A stretch of 64,000 bases of DNA from a virus (taxonomy: Duplodnaviria > Caudoviricetes): IMG/VR virus record IMGVR_UViG_3300029319_000001; one strand, given 5' to 3'. Numbering within the stretch: position 1 is the stretch's first letter; every line of letters starts with the position of its first letter. Shown here piece by piece: positions 34,320 to 47,100 of the stretch. The position numbers were made by a program, and so were the translations under genes. The notes under the pieces were generated by a model. The model worked only from the letters and a program-made list of their open reading frames with translations. It searched no databases and was not told where the DNA came from.

Positions 34320-35075
34320 ATGGCTAAAGGATTTACTGTTAAGGCGAAAACACCAAAAAAGACTAAAGAACCCGAATGGGATTATGATAAAGCATGGGAG
34401 ATGTTAAAGGGCAAGGCAATTGTCTTTTGTATGCCTGGTCGTGGATGCTCATTTCAGTTCTTAAAGAGTTTCGTTCAACTTTGTTTTGACTTAGTTCAGC
34501 ATGGGGCGAGTATACAGATATCTCAAGACTATAGTAGTATGGTCAACTTTGCTCGGTGTAAGTGTCTAGGGGCGAATGTTCTTAGAGGACCTGATCAGAT
34601 ACCTTGGGATGGCAAACTAAACTACGACTACCAATTATGGATTGATAGTGATATCGTCTACGGAACAGAGAAGTTCTTACAACTCGTTCTTATGGACAAG
34701 GACATTGCTGCAGGTTGGTATATGACAGAAGATGGTCGTACTACTAGCGTTGCTCACTGGTTAGATGAGGGCGACTTCCGTAATAATGGTGGAGTTATGA
34801 ATCACGAAACAGGTGAGACCATGACTAAGCGTAAGAAACCATTTACTGTCGATTACACTGGTTTTGGTTGGTGTCTGATTAAGAAGGGAGTATTTGAACA
34901 TGAAGGTATGAAGTATCCTTGGTTTGCTCCTAAGATGCAGGTATTTGAATCGGGCGATGTTCAAGATATGTGTGGGGAAGATGTGAGTTTCTGTCTTGAT
35001 GCAATAGAATCAGGATTTGAGATATGGTGCGATCCTCGTATAAGAGTGGGTCATGAGAAGATGAGAGTTATATAA
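34320..35075 (+). CDS. Conserved cyanophage GT-A fold (GT2-like) glycosyltransferase
   Basis: LWIDSDI (DxD), YTGFGWCLIKK, GEDVSFC, DPRIRVGHEK. Confidence 0.7.
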   Translation: MAKGFTVKAKTPKKTKEPEWDYDKAWEMLKGKAIVFCMPGRGCSFQFLKSFVQLCFDLVQHGASIQISQDYSSMVNFARCKCLGANVLRGPDQIPWDGKLNYDYQLWIDSDIVYGTEKFLQLVLMDKDIAAGWYMTEDGRTTSVAHWLDEGDFRNNGGVMNHETGETMTKRKKPFTVDYTGFGWCLIKKGVFEHEGMKYPWFAPKMQVFESGDVQDMCGEDVSFCLDAIESGFEIWCDPRIRVGHEKMRVI

Positions 35076-35242
35076 TGTCAAAGACAGTTTACACAATCTA
35101 TATCGGTGGAGTTGAGAAGCACACCGATATAAGTGAAACTGAATTTCTGGATCTCTTAGAGGACTATGCTTATTCCTATTATACAAAGAACTATCCAGAC
35201 CCATCGACAATATCACATACTATGAAAGAAATTAATGGCTAA
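35075..35242 (+). CDS. 55-aa hypothetical protein (not in ORF track)
   Basis: MSKTVYTIYIGG...; TAATG coupling. Confidence 0.6.
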   Translation: MSKTVYTIYIGGVEKHTDISETEFLDLLEDYAYSYYTKNYPDPSTISHTMKEING

Positions 35243-35384
35243 AACATTTACAAACTTATCAGGTGGTCAGTGGATTGAAAGAATCCCTAAAAAGACTCGA
35301 CAAGGACAAGGAAAACACTCAAAATTTTCTAGCACCGCCCGAAACGCTGCTCGTAAACCATATAGAGGACAAGGTAAAAAATGA
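35235..35384 (+). CDS. 49-aa basic protein (not in ORF track)
   Basis: KKTRQGQGKHSK...KPYRGQGK, a pattern recalled near gp25 in T4-like phages. Confidence 0.65.
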   Translation: MAKTFTNLSGGQWIERIPKKTRQGQGKHSKFSSTARNAARKPYRGQGKK

Positions 35385-35524
35385 ACTTCTGGGAATTTTT
35401 ACAATGGGCATGGGAGACTCTAGGATGGGTTGAGGGTGCTTTATTTACAGTGTGGTTGTATGGAATGTATTGGGGAAAGAAAAGAATTGACGAACACTTC
35501 AGACGCAGAAGGAACAAAGAATGA
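35381..35524 (+). CDS. 47-aa Trp-rich membrane microprotein (not in ORF track)
   Basis: MNFWEFLQWAWETLGWVEGALFTVWLYGMYWG...; ATGA overlaps. Confidence 0.5.
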   Translation: MNFWEFLQWAWETLGWVEGALFTVWLYGMYWGKKRIDEHFRRRRNKE

Positions 35525-35817
35525 CTGAAAAGAAAAAAAGACACCTACACTTAGTTGGTGATGATACACAATATAAGGACTATGCTATGGCTGCATTAGA
35601 TGAAGCAATCTATGATGCCATTACTTCTGAAGCAGATGAGTATGACATATACAATACTATAATGAATAGTATTAGGAAAAGAGGTAATGATCATGAAATT
35701 GCAGCAGAGAGATGTAAGAAGTTATCAGATCTATTAGATGGAGTAGATATAAAGGAAAAAAAGAAGACTAATTATAATGAACCAAATCCACCATATAACT
35801 CTGAAGAATGGGACTAA
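35521..35817 (+). CDS. Hypothetical protein
   Basis: 98 aa, coupled. Confidence 0.6.
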   Translation: MTEKKKRHLHLVGDDTQYKDYAMAALDEAIYDAITSEADEYDIYNTIMNSIRKRGNDHEIAAERCKKLSDLLDGVDIKEKKKTNYNEPNPPYNSEEWD

Positions 35818-35839
35818 TCTAAAATCTCACGGAAACTGG

Positions 35840-35847
35840 TATAAATA
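35840..35847 (+). promoter_or_regulatory. T4 late promoter
   Basis: TATAAATA upstream of gp25. Confidence 0.85.
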
Positions 35848-35875
35848 ATCGAGATACCTAGAGCCGCTGCATGGC

Positions 35876-36268
35876 ATGGCAAATTCCAAGGCATTTAAAG
35901 ACATAGATCTTTCTTTTATGCCACACCCTGTTTCTGGAGATATACGAGTCCTTAAAAATGAGGACGCGATTAAGAGAGCTGTAAGGAATTTAGTCCAAAC
36001 TATAGATGGAGAAAGACCTTTTCAATCTAATCTTGGTACAGATGTGACTAGATCTCTATTCGATTTTGTTGATTATGGTACTGCAAGTGTCATAACTCAG
36101 CAAATTTTTGATGTTTTAAGAGGATTTGAGGGTCGTATAGCAAATACTCTTGTAAGAGTAGACCCCAAACCAGATATGAATACATTTGAAGTGTTTATTT
36201 CATATGATATTGTAGGTCAAAGCTTTCCAAGTCAAGAATTTGACTTTATGTTGGAATCAACTAGGTAA
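35876..36268 (+). CDS. gp25: Baseplate wedge subunit gp25
   Basis: FKDIDLSF..HP...D....KNEDAIKRAVRNLV.T..GERPF. Confidence 0.92.
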   Translation: MANSKAFKDIDLSFMPHPVSGDIRVLKNEDAIKRAVRNLVQTIDGERPFQSNLGTDVTRSLFDFVDYGTASVITQQIFDVLRGFEGRIANTLVRVDPKPDMNTFEVFISYDIVGQSFPSQEFDFMLESTR

Positions 36269-36274
36269 TAAAGA

Positions 36275-38194
36275 ATGCCATTTACTAAATTTACTAACTT
36301 AAATTTCGATCAAATTAAGGAATCTGTCAAAGATTACCTAAGAGCTAACTCTGATTTTAAAGATTTTGACTTTGAAGGGTCAAATATGGCGATTATAATT
36401 GATATTTTAGCGTATAATTCGTATATAACTGCATTTAATAGCAATATGGTTGCTAATGAATCCTTTTTGGACTCAGCAACACTAAGAGAAAATGTCGTTT
36501 CTTTAGCTAGAAACATAGGATATGTGCCAAGATCACGAAAATCTGCTGAAGCAGTGGTTGATTTTGAGTATAAATTCAACGGAGACAGTAATACTATCAC
36601 TTTAAAGAAAGGTTTAGCGTTAGTTGGTGCTGTAAATAACACAAGTTATACTTTTTCTATTCCAGAAGATGTCACAGTTAACAGTCCTTTGGATTCTGGA
36701 GGAGTAGGTGGTAATAATTCTCCTAGAACTGGAAAATTTTCTGGGTTAACAGTGTATCAAGGCACACTTTTAACTAAAAAATTCATTGTAAATGGTAGTT
36801 CTGACCAAAGATTTATTCTTGACAACTCATTTATTGACTTAGATTCTCTTAGAGTCGAGGTTAGGAAGTCTGGATCGTCTGGAGGACTGTCATTTTCTAG
36901 AGTTGACAATATTATTGAGGTTACTCCTGTCTCAAATGTCTTTTTAATACAAGAAATTAAGAATGAAACCTATGAATTGCTCTTTGGAGATGGTCTTTTT
37001 GGTAAAAAACTAGAAATTGGAGATGTAATTGATATTTCTTACATTGTAACTGATGGTAAAGACGGAAATGAAGGTAAATTCTTCACTTTTTCTGGAAATA
37101 TGGTAAATGATGCAGGAACTTCTATTGCATCTACAAATAATGTACAAGTAATTGCCACTCAAACCGCTAGAAATGGCACTGATATCGAACCAATTGACTC
37201 TATACGATATTTTGCACCTAGAATGTACTCCGCACAGAACAGAGCAGTTACACCAAGGGACTATGAAGCAATAATTCAGTCAATTTATCCAAATACGGAG
37301 TCTGTTTCTGTTGTTGGAGGTGAAGAATTAGATCCTCCTGAGTTTGGAACTGTAGTTTTGAGTATAAAACCTAAAAATGGTACATTCTTATCTGATTTTA
37401 CCAAACAAAACATACTAAACAAACTAAAACAGTATGCAATCGCTGGAATTAATCAACGAATTGAAGATTTGAAGATTTTGTATGTAGAATTAGAGTCTTA
37501 TGTCTATTATAACAATAGTATTACTGATGATCAAGACCAACTTAAGGCAGAAGTCATTACATCTCTCACTGAATATGGAAAATCTACTAATTTAAACGCA
37601 TTTGGTGGTAGATTTAAGTATTCTGAGTCTCAACGAATTATTGATCAAACAGATCCAGCAATTACTTCCAATATTACGAAGGTTACTATCCGCAGAGACC
37701 TAAAAGCACTTATAGATCAGTCTGCTCAGTATGAATTATGCTTTGGTAACCAATTTAATGTAAAACCAGGCGGTGGAACTATCAAATCTACTGGATTTAG
37801 TATTAGTGGTATTGAGGGTGAGGTATATTTGACCGATATACCAAGACCTAATAATCTAATAGGTGATATTGCTGTATTTAAACCTGCTGTATCAGCAACA
37901 GAGGATCCAGTAGTTGTTGTTGGGTCAGCTGGTATTGTAGATTATATAAAAGGTGAAGTAATACTCAATACTATCAAAATTTCATCAACAGTTAAAGATA
38001 ATAACATAGTTGAAATACAAGCGTTCCCAGAATCTAATGATATTATAGGATTAAAGGACATTTACCTTAATTTGGACATATCAAATACAGAAATAAATAT
38101 TGTTAGAGACACAATATCTTCTGGACAGCAAATTTCAGGTATAGGATACAAAGTTACCTCTAGTTACTCTAATGGATCGCTAATCAGACAGTAG
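36275..38194 (+). CDS. gp6: Baseplate wedge subunit gp6
   Basis: FDFEGSN...DILAYN, FLDSATLRENVVSLARNIGY, QNRAVT..DY. Confidence 0.93.
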   Translation: MPFTKFTNLNFDQIKESVKDYLRANSDFKDFDFEGSNMAIIIDILAYNSYITAFNSNMVANESFLDSATLRENVVSLARNIGYVPRSRKSAEAVVDFEYKFNGDSNTITLKKGLALVGAVNNTSYTFSIPEDVTVNSPLDSGGVGGNNSPRTGKFSGLTVYQGTLLTKKFIVNGSSDQRFILDNSFIDLDSLRVEVRKSGSSGGLSFSRVDNIIEVTPVSNVFLIQEIKNETYELLFGDGLFGKKLEIGDVIDISYIVTDGKDGNEGKFFTFSGNMVNDAGTSIASTNNVQVIATQTARNGTDIEPIDSIRYFAPRMYSAQNRAVTPRDYEAIIQSIYPNTESVSVVGGEELDPPEFGTVVLSIKPKNGTFLSDFTKQNILNKLKQYAIAGINQRIEDLKILYVELESYVYYNNSITDDQDQLKAEVITSLTEYGKSTNLNAFGGRFKYSESQRIIDQTDPAITSNITKVTIRRDLKALIDQSAQYELCFGNQFNVKPGGGTIKSTGFSISGIEGEVYLTDIPRPNNLIGDIAVFKPAVSATEDPVVVVGSAGIVDYIKGEVILNTIKISSTVKDNNIVEIQAFPESNDIIGLKDIYLNLDISNTEINIVRDTISSGQQISGIGYKVTSSYSNGSLIRQ

Positions 38195-38195
38195 A

Positions 38196-41100
38196 ATGAT
38201 CGAAACATACTCTCCCTTAAGTCCTAGGGTAAAAACTTATCAAGTCGTTAGCGAAATAATACCAGAATTTGCTAAATCAGAGAATCCTCTGTTTGAAAAA
38301 TTCCTAAGACAGTATTATATCTCTCAAGACTTCCAAGGAGGACCTGCAGACATTGCGGAGAATATTGATGCGTATATTCAAGTTGATAATTTAACTACTG
38401 ATGTAATAAGAGGTTCAACTACTCTTGTTGGCACTATTTCAAGTACAGATACTACTGTAACTGTTGATAGTACTGATGGATATCCGCAAAAATACGGTCT
38501 TTTTAAGATTGATGATGAAATATTCAGTTATGCTGGTATAACTACAAATAGTTTTACTGATGTTTGGCGTGGTTTTAGTGGAATCTCTACATTTACCAAA
38601 CAAAACGACCCTGAGGAGTTAGTATGGGAAAATACTGTTGCTGGAGTTCATACTAGTGGTGCAAATGTTCAAAATCTTAGTTCTTTATTCTTAAAAGAAT
38701 TTTATAGGAACTTAAAAGCAATGTATGCTCCTGGTTTAGAAGGAGTAACGCTTTCACCTCAATTAGATGTTAGTAATTTTATAAAAGAGGCAAGAAGTTT
38801 ATATGAATCAAAGGGAACTAACGCATCATTCAAAATTCTCTTCAAAGCACTCTTTGGAGTTGATCCTAAAATCAATGATTTAGAAAAATTCCTAATAAAA
38901 CCTTCTTTTGCAAATTATTTGCGTAGAAAAACAGTTTCTGTAGAATTAATATCTGGAAATCCTCAAGCATTAGTTGGTCAGACACTTTTTCAAGATAATG
39001 ACCCAACAAACCCCGAATTAAACGCAGCATCAGGTCCTATTTCTGAAGTATCACTAATCAGAGACGATTATTTCAAACTTTCTCTATTTACAGGTTTTGA
39101 TGAACGAGGTTTGACTGATGGTACCTTCTATGTGCCTGGTAGAAGTCAAAATATCGGAACAATTGGTATTGGTGCGTCTGTTATTACTGTAGACTCTACA
39201 ATTGGGTTTTCTAGCATTGGTACAATCAAAGTTGGTGAGATAGGAACCTCTTTTTATCAAACATTTGACTATGATGCAAAAAGTATCAATCAATTCTTTA
39301 ATGTTAGTCCTCCAGTAAGTGTACCAATACCAAATAACAGTACAGTATCTACTTTTAACATTGTTTACGGATATGAGGAAGGAGATCCTACTAGAAAGGT
39401 AGAAATGCGTCTAACTGGCGTACTTTCTGAATTTAATACTGCTAGACCTCTCCGAAATTTAAAATCTACCTCGGATATTAAAGTAAAAAACTTAGGAAGG
39501 TATGTTGCCAATCCAAATATCAATAAAAGTTACGAAGAGGTATTTTTTAATAGTTGGGTTTACAATACTTCTACCAGATACCAAATTTCCAATTTTTCAG
39601 GATCTACTTTTATACTTTTGGGGGATATTCAAAAAAGTAGTTTAAAAGTTGGTGATAAAGTTGAATTATTGCGTAGAAATAGTGAATTAGTTGTTGCTCC
39701 TCTATTAACAGTCGTTAGTATTGATGCAACTGCTAAATCTGTTGGTGTTGATGGTACTCTTGGTACTCTTGACCCTCTTTTGTTCTATGACTTCCGAAGA
39801 TTACAAAATAAAGTCAAATCTTCTATTGTTCCAGTAAGAGGTGGACAAGATCAGTTATTAACAGATATTAATAACACATATATTGTAGATGAGTCTAAAT
39901 CAGCGTCAAGTAAGCGAGAGGGTTTTGTTGCTTCTAGTTCTCTTCCTAGTTACACTATAATTTCCGATAAAATTCATGCGGAGTTGATAAATCCTTCTTT
40001 TGCTGGTGGAAACTGGGAAGGATATGATAGTGTAGAAAACAGATACAGTATTATTGCATTTCCTACAAATGTTCCATTTGAAACTGGAGATGAGATCATA
40101 TATGCTCCAGCACCAGGAACTGAAGTTATTGGTGCGTTAGATGCACCAACTTACTTTGTAGAAGTGCTAAGTGCAAAAAATAAAATAAAATTATATCGAT
40201 CTCGTTCGTTTATTAAAGCAAATTTACCATCATTCTTTACTGCACCCACTTCTGCTACAGGTACACATGATTTTATACTTGCTAGTCAAGGAAAGAGAGA
40301 AATATTCCCTGCGAGACCTATAAGACGATTTATTTTAGAGCAGCAACTTAAGAGTGGTAAAGAAGGTCAAACTACTTCCGAACTTACTGTAGATGGTAAT
40401 ACTGCAATGCTTGTAAATGGTATTGAGGTATTAAATTATAAAGGTGCGGACTCACTCTTCTACGGTCCTGTCAAAACTTTAAATGTTCTAAACAGTGGTT
40501 TTGATTATGATGTTCAAGCACCTCCAAACATTAATATTAGTGATGAAACTGTTAGTGTAGCAAATACTGCAGGTGCAGTTCCAGTTTTAAGCGGAATTGT
40601 AACAAGTGTCGTTATTGATCCATTTGATTATGATCTTGAAAAAGTTATTAGTGTAGAAATATACGGTGGTAATGGTAGCGGTGCTGTTGGTAGAGCATTA
40701 TTAGAAGAAAGATTTAGGCAAGTATATTTTAACGGTATTAGCACCAGTCTACAAGGTAATGTTAGTGGAACTTATAATTCATTCAATCTTGATAAAGCAC
40801 ATAATTTTATAACTGGAGATAGACTTGTATATGATAATAATGGTGGTGATAACCTTGGTATTGCTACAACAGGAGGAATTGCTGATTCATTAACATTATT
40901 CAGTGGTCAGGATTATTATATTAATGTTATTAACGAAACAGATTTTACTCTTCATAATAATAAGCAAGATTCTATTGTTGGTGTTAATACAATTTTAATT
41001 GATGAGAATGCTGCTTTACTTAACGGAGGTCTTCATATTTTCCGTACTTTTGATAAAAGACTTACTATTAGTAGAATTAGTTTAGAAAATTCTGGTTCAG

Positions 41101-44100
41101 GTTACGCAAATAGAACTTTGCTTATTAAACCAGTTGGAATTAATACTTTTAATGATTCTATTGAGTTTGTTGATCATGGACTTACTGATGGAGAAGTGGT
41201 TGAATATGAGAATGGTGCGAATGCCATCGTAACAGGTCTCAGTACAACAAAACAGTATAAAGTACTAAAGATAGACAAAGATAAGTTTAGACTTGCTGAG
41301 GCAGGTAATAAGGGTGATAGAGAAACATTAGACACAAACTATAATAACCGTCAGAATGTGTATCTAGATTCTGTTGGTGCTGGAAGCGGATACCACACTA
41401 TTAAATATCCTCCAATTGTATGTAAAGTTAAAGTATTAACTAAAAATCAACAACAAGAAGAACCTACCGCAACTCCAGTTGTTAGAGGTCAGATTGATGA
41501 TATTTTGATATACGATCATGGTGCAAACTATGGATCTAAAATCTTAAATTTTCCAAATCCACCTATTGTTAATATTCCTACAGGACAATTAGGTCAAATT
41601 GGTCTTGTTGTTTCAAATGGTACTATTACTGATGCATTTGTTGCAAACGGAGGAAGTGGTTATGTAGGACCTCCTGATCTTACCGTTGTTAGTGCAGCAA
41701 CAACAGCAACTGGTGCTATTTTAAGATCTATTGTTAATGATGCTGGAAAAATTACAGATGTAAAAGTAATATCTGGTGGTATTGGATATGCAGCAACTAA
41801 TACAAGTGTTAATGTTACACCTGTTGGTCAGGAGTTTAAGGCAGAAGCGACTGTAAGATCTCTTACTGTTAATAAGGCGTATCGCTTAGATTCACCTGAA
41901 TTAGACTTCTTACAACCGATTGGAGAGGGTTTAGCGGTTAATGTTGTTGGATATGGTAACTCTATTAGGAACTTCTTCGATGATGATGGAACAGGTCACT
42001 CTCCTATCATCGGTTGGGCATATGATGGGAATCCAATTTACGGTGCTTATGGATTAGTTGAAATTGATAATATTCAGTCTGATGTTAAGAAGATGGAATC
42101 TAGTTATGAGATATCAGCAACTAATATTTCAAATAGACCTCCTTCAGCAGAATATCCATATGGATATTTTGTAGATGATTATGTTTATACTGGAAACGGA
42201 GATTTAGACGAACATAACGGAAGATTTACTAAAACTCCTGATTTTCCAGAAGGATGCTATGCGTATTTTTCTACAATAGATAATTTAAACAATCCACAGT
42301 TCCCATTCTTTGTTGGAAACACATATAGATCTTTTGCTATTGAGGAAAACACTATAAATGGTAAATTACTTGATCAAACCACTTTTGAGTTTTCTACTTC
42401 AGATCTTATAAGAAATACGCAACCATATAACCTATTTGGTGATAATGTTAGTTACGACTATGTGTTCCAACCATATAGAGTTAATAATCAGGTTTCAAAT
42501 CCAAGTAGTTTATTACAAGGTCCTGTAGAATCTATCAATATTGTAAATAAGGGTTCTGGTTATAGTATTGGTGAAAAATTAGTATTTGACACTACAGGAA
42601 CTGGTGGTGTTGGATTAGATGCGGAAGTTTCAAAACTTCATGGAAAACCAATTGATAATATTAGTAGTTCTGTTACTACATTATCAAATCTTCCTATTGA
42701 ACACACTAGAGATGGAGTTGTATTCAAAGTAACTCCGTATCATGAATTTGATGCTGAAAATACTGTAAATGTACTTGGTATATCAACTTATATTAAAAAC
42801 TTAGAAGGATTTAAAAAGATTGCAGTTGCAGGTTATGGTGCATCTTTGACAGATGACGGTTATACTGGTATTATTACAGATATAAGAGTTAACTTTATTG
42901 CTCCTAATGTTGCAGTAGGTGACTCTATTGGTATTGGCACAGAAACTGCTAGAATTCTTGATTTCTTCCCTAGTGAAAAAATTCTTAGAATAGAAAGATA
43001 CGCTGGTTTTACCACTGCTGCAGTAGGAGCTGCTGTTACATATTTTACTAGTGAGTTTACAGTTCCTGTAGAAACAGATCCTTTTAATTCTAAATTCCAG
43101 AGTTTAATATATTTCAACCCTAAAGAAGCAGTAGGTGTTGGAACAACTGTTGGAATCTCAACTACTGTTAATGTATCTCTTAACGGAGTTACTAAACAAA
43201 GATCTATTCTTGCACAAACTCTACATCTACCTAATCATGGTCTTAAAACTAATGTTAAGGTCACCTTCGACAAACGAGGTAATACTGACCTTTTTGTTAC
43301 TGATTCCATAAGTCCGTATACTGCTCCAAGTGCTTTGAGTGGTGATTTCTATGTTATCAATAACACACCCAATACAATTGGTCTTAAAACTAATACAGAA
43401 GGTCCTGCTTTATTCTTTACTACAACAGGTGATGATAAGGCAAATTATTCCCTAGTAACTAACTATAAACAAGAAACTGCAACTGTTAGAAGAAGTCAAG
43501 TAACTATTCAAACAACTGTGGATCATGGTTTAGAAGAAAATGATAGATTTGATCTAATCGTTAAAACAGGATTAACCACTGGTATTGGTACTTCTACAAG
43601 AGCAACAGTCAAATTAATTGACGGTTACACAGTTATTAATCCTTTAGATATTCCTACAAGCGGAGTTAATACTACAACTGGTATATTTACTATTGAGGAT
43701 CATGCTTTAGAAACAGGATTTAAAGTTTTAATGTATGGTGCTGGTGGTATTCCGTCTCAACTTCCTAGTGGATTAGAACAAAGAACATATTTTGTTTTAA
43801 AAATTGATGCAGATACATTCCAATTAGCAAATACAGAAAAACAACTTCGTGCAGATCCACCTGAACTTGTTTCATTTGTATCTGTAGGACATACTGGACA
43901 AAGTATTAATCCTATTAATCCACCAGTTACAGTATTCCGTGAAAATAATATTGTATTTGATCTTAACGATACTAGTTTACTTGGGTCAAAACTTAAGTTA
44001 TTCTATGATAGAAATTATTTTAATGAATATGTTGGAACTGGATCTACTTCTAACTTAGAAGTTGTTGGATTTGGTACTGTTGGTATTGGAACTACAAATC

Positions 44101-47100
44101 CTGATACCATGCCATATAAGCAGGTTAATTTCAGTGATAGTCTTAAAGATACTATTTACTATGCAATAGAAAAAGGTGGGTATATTACAACTAGCGAAAC
44201 TGATGTAGTAAATGGAAATGAAATTAAATATAAAGATAGTGGATTTAATGGAAAAGGATATATTGCGACTGGAGTAGCTGGAACTGTATTTACCGCTAAC
44301 ATTGGTGCAGAACCAGAAAAAGATCATTATACTCAAGATGACTGTGCGGAATTATATTATAGTCATACAGGTGCTGCTGCAACTGGTGGTGTATCAAAAA
44401 TAAAAATTATTAATGGTGGATTTGGATTCCAGAGACTCCCTGCTGTAACTTCTATTGGATCTAGCGGAATTAGTGCGGAATTAGAATTATTTGGAAGTAA
44501 TATTAACCTATTAGATGAGGTTAGTGTTCCTACAGATGTTTTTGGATATCCCTCTGATAATACATTAAAACCAGATGCATTCTTACCTAGAATTTTGTTA
44601 ATTAAGAATGCTAATAAAGTTCTCTCTGCAAAGGTAACATTTGGAGGAAGATCATATCTTAATGCACCTTCTCTTGTTGTATTTGATCAAACAACTGGAG
44701 AAATTATCACTAATGGTCTTCTTGTTGCAGAATTAAGTGATACTGCAGTAAACAGGGTAAATGTTGTTGTTGAACCTAGAGGTTTGACTGGTAATGATTA
44801 TGGTATTGCACCTCTAAGAAATAGTAATGGTATTAGCGTTCTTGAGGCAGTTTCAGATGTAGGAATTCTTACTTGTAAAATTACCACTCCTGTTCTTGGA
44901 TATGATGTAGAACCATTCCAAACTGGTGATATTGTTTATCTTGAGGGAATAGATTACACTCCTGGATCGGGAGATGGATTTAACTCTGGAGATTACAAAT
45001 TTATTGATTTTGCGATTGCTGATTATAATAGTGCAACTAATCCAAGAGAAGTTACATTCACTTATACAGGATTAACTACTAATCCTGGAATTGGTGCAAC
45101 CGTGGTTCCTGGTTTTGGTCAAATTGTAAAATCTGAAGATCTTGCAAGATTTGAAGCAACTAAGTCATTCTCAGAGTTTAGAAGCAATGAACCATTAAGA
45201 AGAAACAATGATTTATTTACAGATTTGATAATGACCGATATTGATGTCAATGCTGGCATCATGGTTGTTAGTGGATCTTTAAATCTACAGGTTGACGACA
45301 AATTGCTCGGAACCAATAGTGGTGATGTATGCGAAGTACAAGCTATAACAGAATTTGATGGATATTTTGAAATTTCACCTACAATTGATACAAATGTTGG
45401 TTGGTCAGATAATATTGGTTTAATTGGAGATAACAATCAATTTTTACCAGATAATGATTATTATCAGAATATGTCTTACGCTATTGAAAGTGAAAAGACA
45501 TATGAAGAGTTAGTTACCTATGTTAACGATATTGTACACCCTGCAGGATTTAAAAACTTTGCAAATACTCAAATTTTAGCAACAGGTAACGCTGGTGAAA
45601 CATTTATCCCTGCTAAAGATGCTGGTGGATTAGTTCTTGACTTTATTAATGATCCTCTTAGAGTAGATGCTATTTACAATTTTGATGTTGCTAGAGATGC
45701 GAACTCTGCTGATAATTTATCTAAATTCATAGAAATTGAACAAACAAGACTTGCAGACTTTATTTTATGTAAAACAAATAGAGTTCTTTTACATGATGAT
45801 ATTAGTCCTCAATTTATTAGTAATGAATCTAATGATTTGAGTGATAGTAGAGTTATTGCTGCTACTGTTGCTGGTAGATATTTCTCAAGATATCTTGTTC
45901 AAACAATACATGATGCACAAGATCCACTTAAAAATCATTATCAATTAAATGAATTGATTCTTATTACATGTAATGAGGATACCTACTTAGTTCAAAAGAG
46001 TGCTCTTAACAATACAAACCAAGTTGGTTTAGCAACTGGATATGGTGAGTTCTTTGCTCAGTTTAATGTTAATAATGGACAAACACAAGTAAGAATTAAA
46101 CCTTACGAACCATTTGATACAAACTACGATATTAAGGCATTCCAGCAAGGTTTTGCTGATAGTGTTGGTACTGGTCAAACTGAACTAGGTAATGCAGAAG
46201 TTAGAAGCGTTAATGCTAGTGTAGGAACAGGTACAACAACTGAGATTGTAGGAATTAATACAGTTAATTTAGCAGGTTATCATGCACATATTGTAGTTGT
46301 TAATAAAAATGATAATAAAGTAGATTATCATGAATTAGTCGGACAACATGATGGTGTTGATACTTATTTGACTGAGGTTGGATCATTTAACACTAGGCAA
46401 AGTCTTGGTGGATTATCCTCTCCACAGTTTATGGGTACATTTACTTCTGCTATTGAAAGTGGAGTTGTTAAACTTAAGTATGTTCATAGTGAGGCACAAG
46501 CTGTAGATGTTAAATGTAAGTTTTTATCTTTCAATCCTGTTGGATACGGAACTACATCAGTTAAACACTTTAACATCCCATTTACACCCGAAGGATCGGA
46601 AAGAAGTGGAAGAATAGTTGTTGGTTCTTCTGCAACAACAGGAATTGCAACTGTATGCGGAATTACATCATTTACTGATCTATCTTTTAAATCTACAGTT
46701 TCTGTAAGTTATGGAAGTACTCAAACATTCCATCAAATATATGTTCTATCAGATCCTAATAAAGCAGATACATTCTTATCTCAAGGACCTATTGCTGCAG
46801 TAGGAACTACTACTGGTATTGGTACATTTGGTGCTGAGTTTAGTGGTAGTAATGTTAATTTAGAATTCTATCCAGATTCAGGAGTTACTGGAATTGTTAG
46901 CATCTTCTCTTACAATGAGATTATATACAAACAAAATGATCCTAATGGACTTCTTGCTGGTATTGGTTCATTTAATTATGGTCAAGTATTTGAGAATCAA
47001 ACTCAAAATACTTACTTAGGTATAAACAATAGAAATATTAGAAAATTTGGATTAAAGTATCAAAACACTCCAATTTACCAAAGAGCAATTAATCCAGAAA

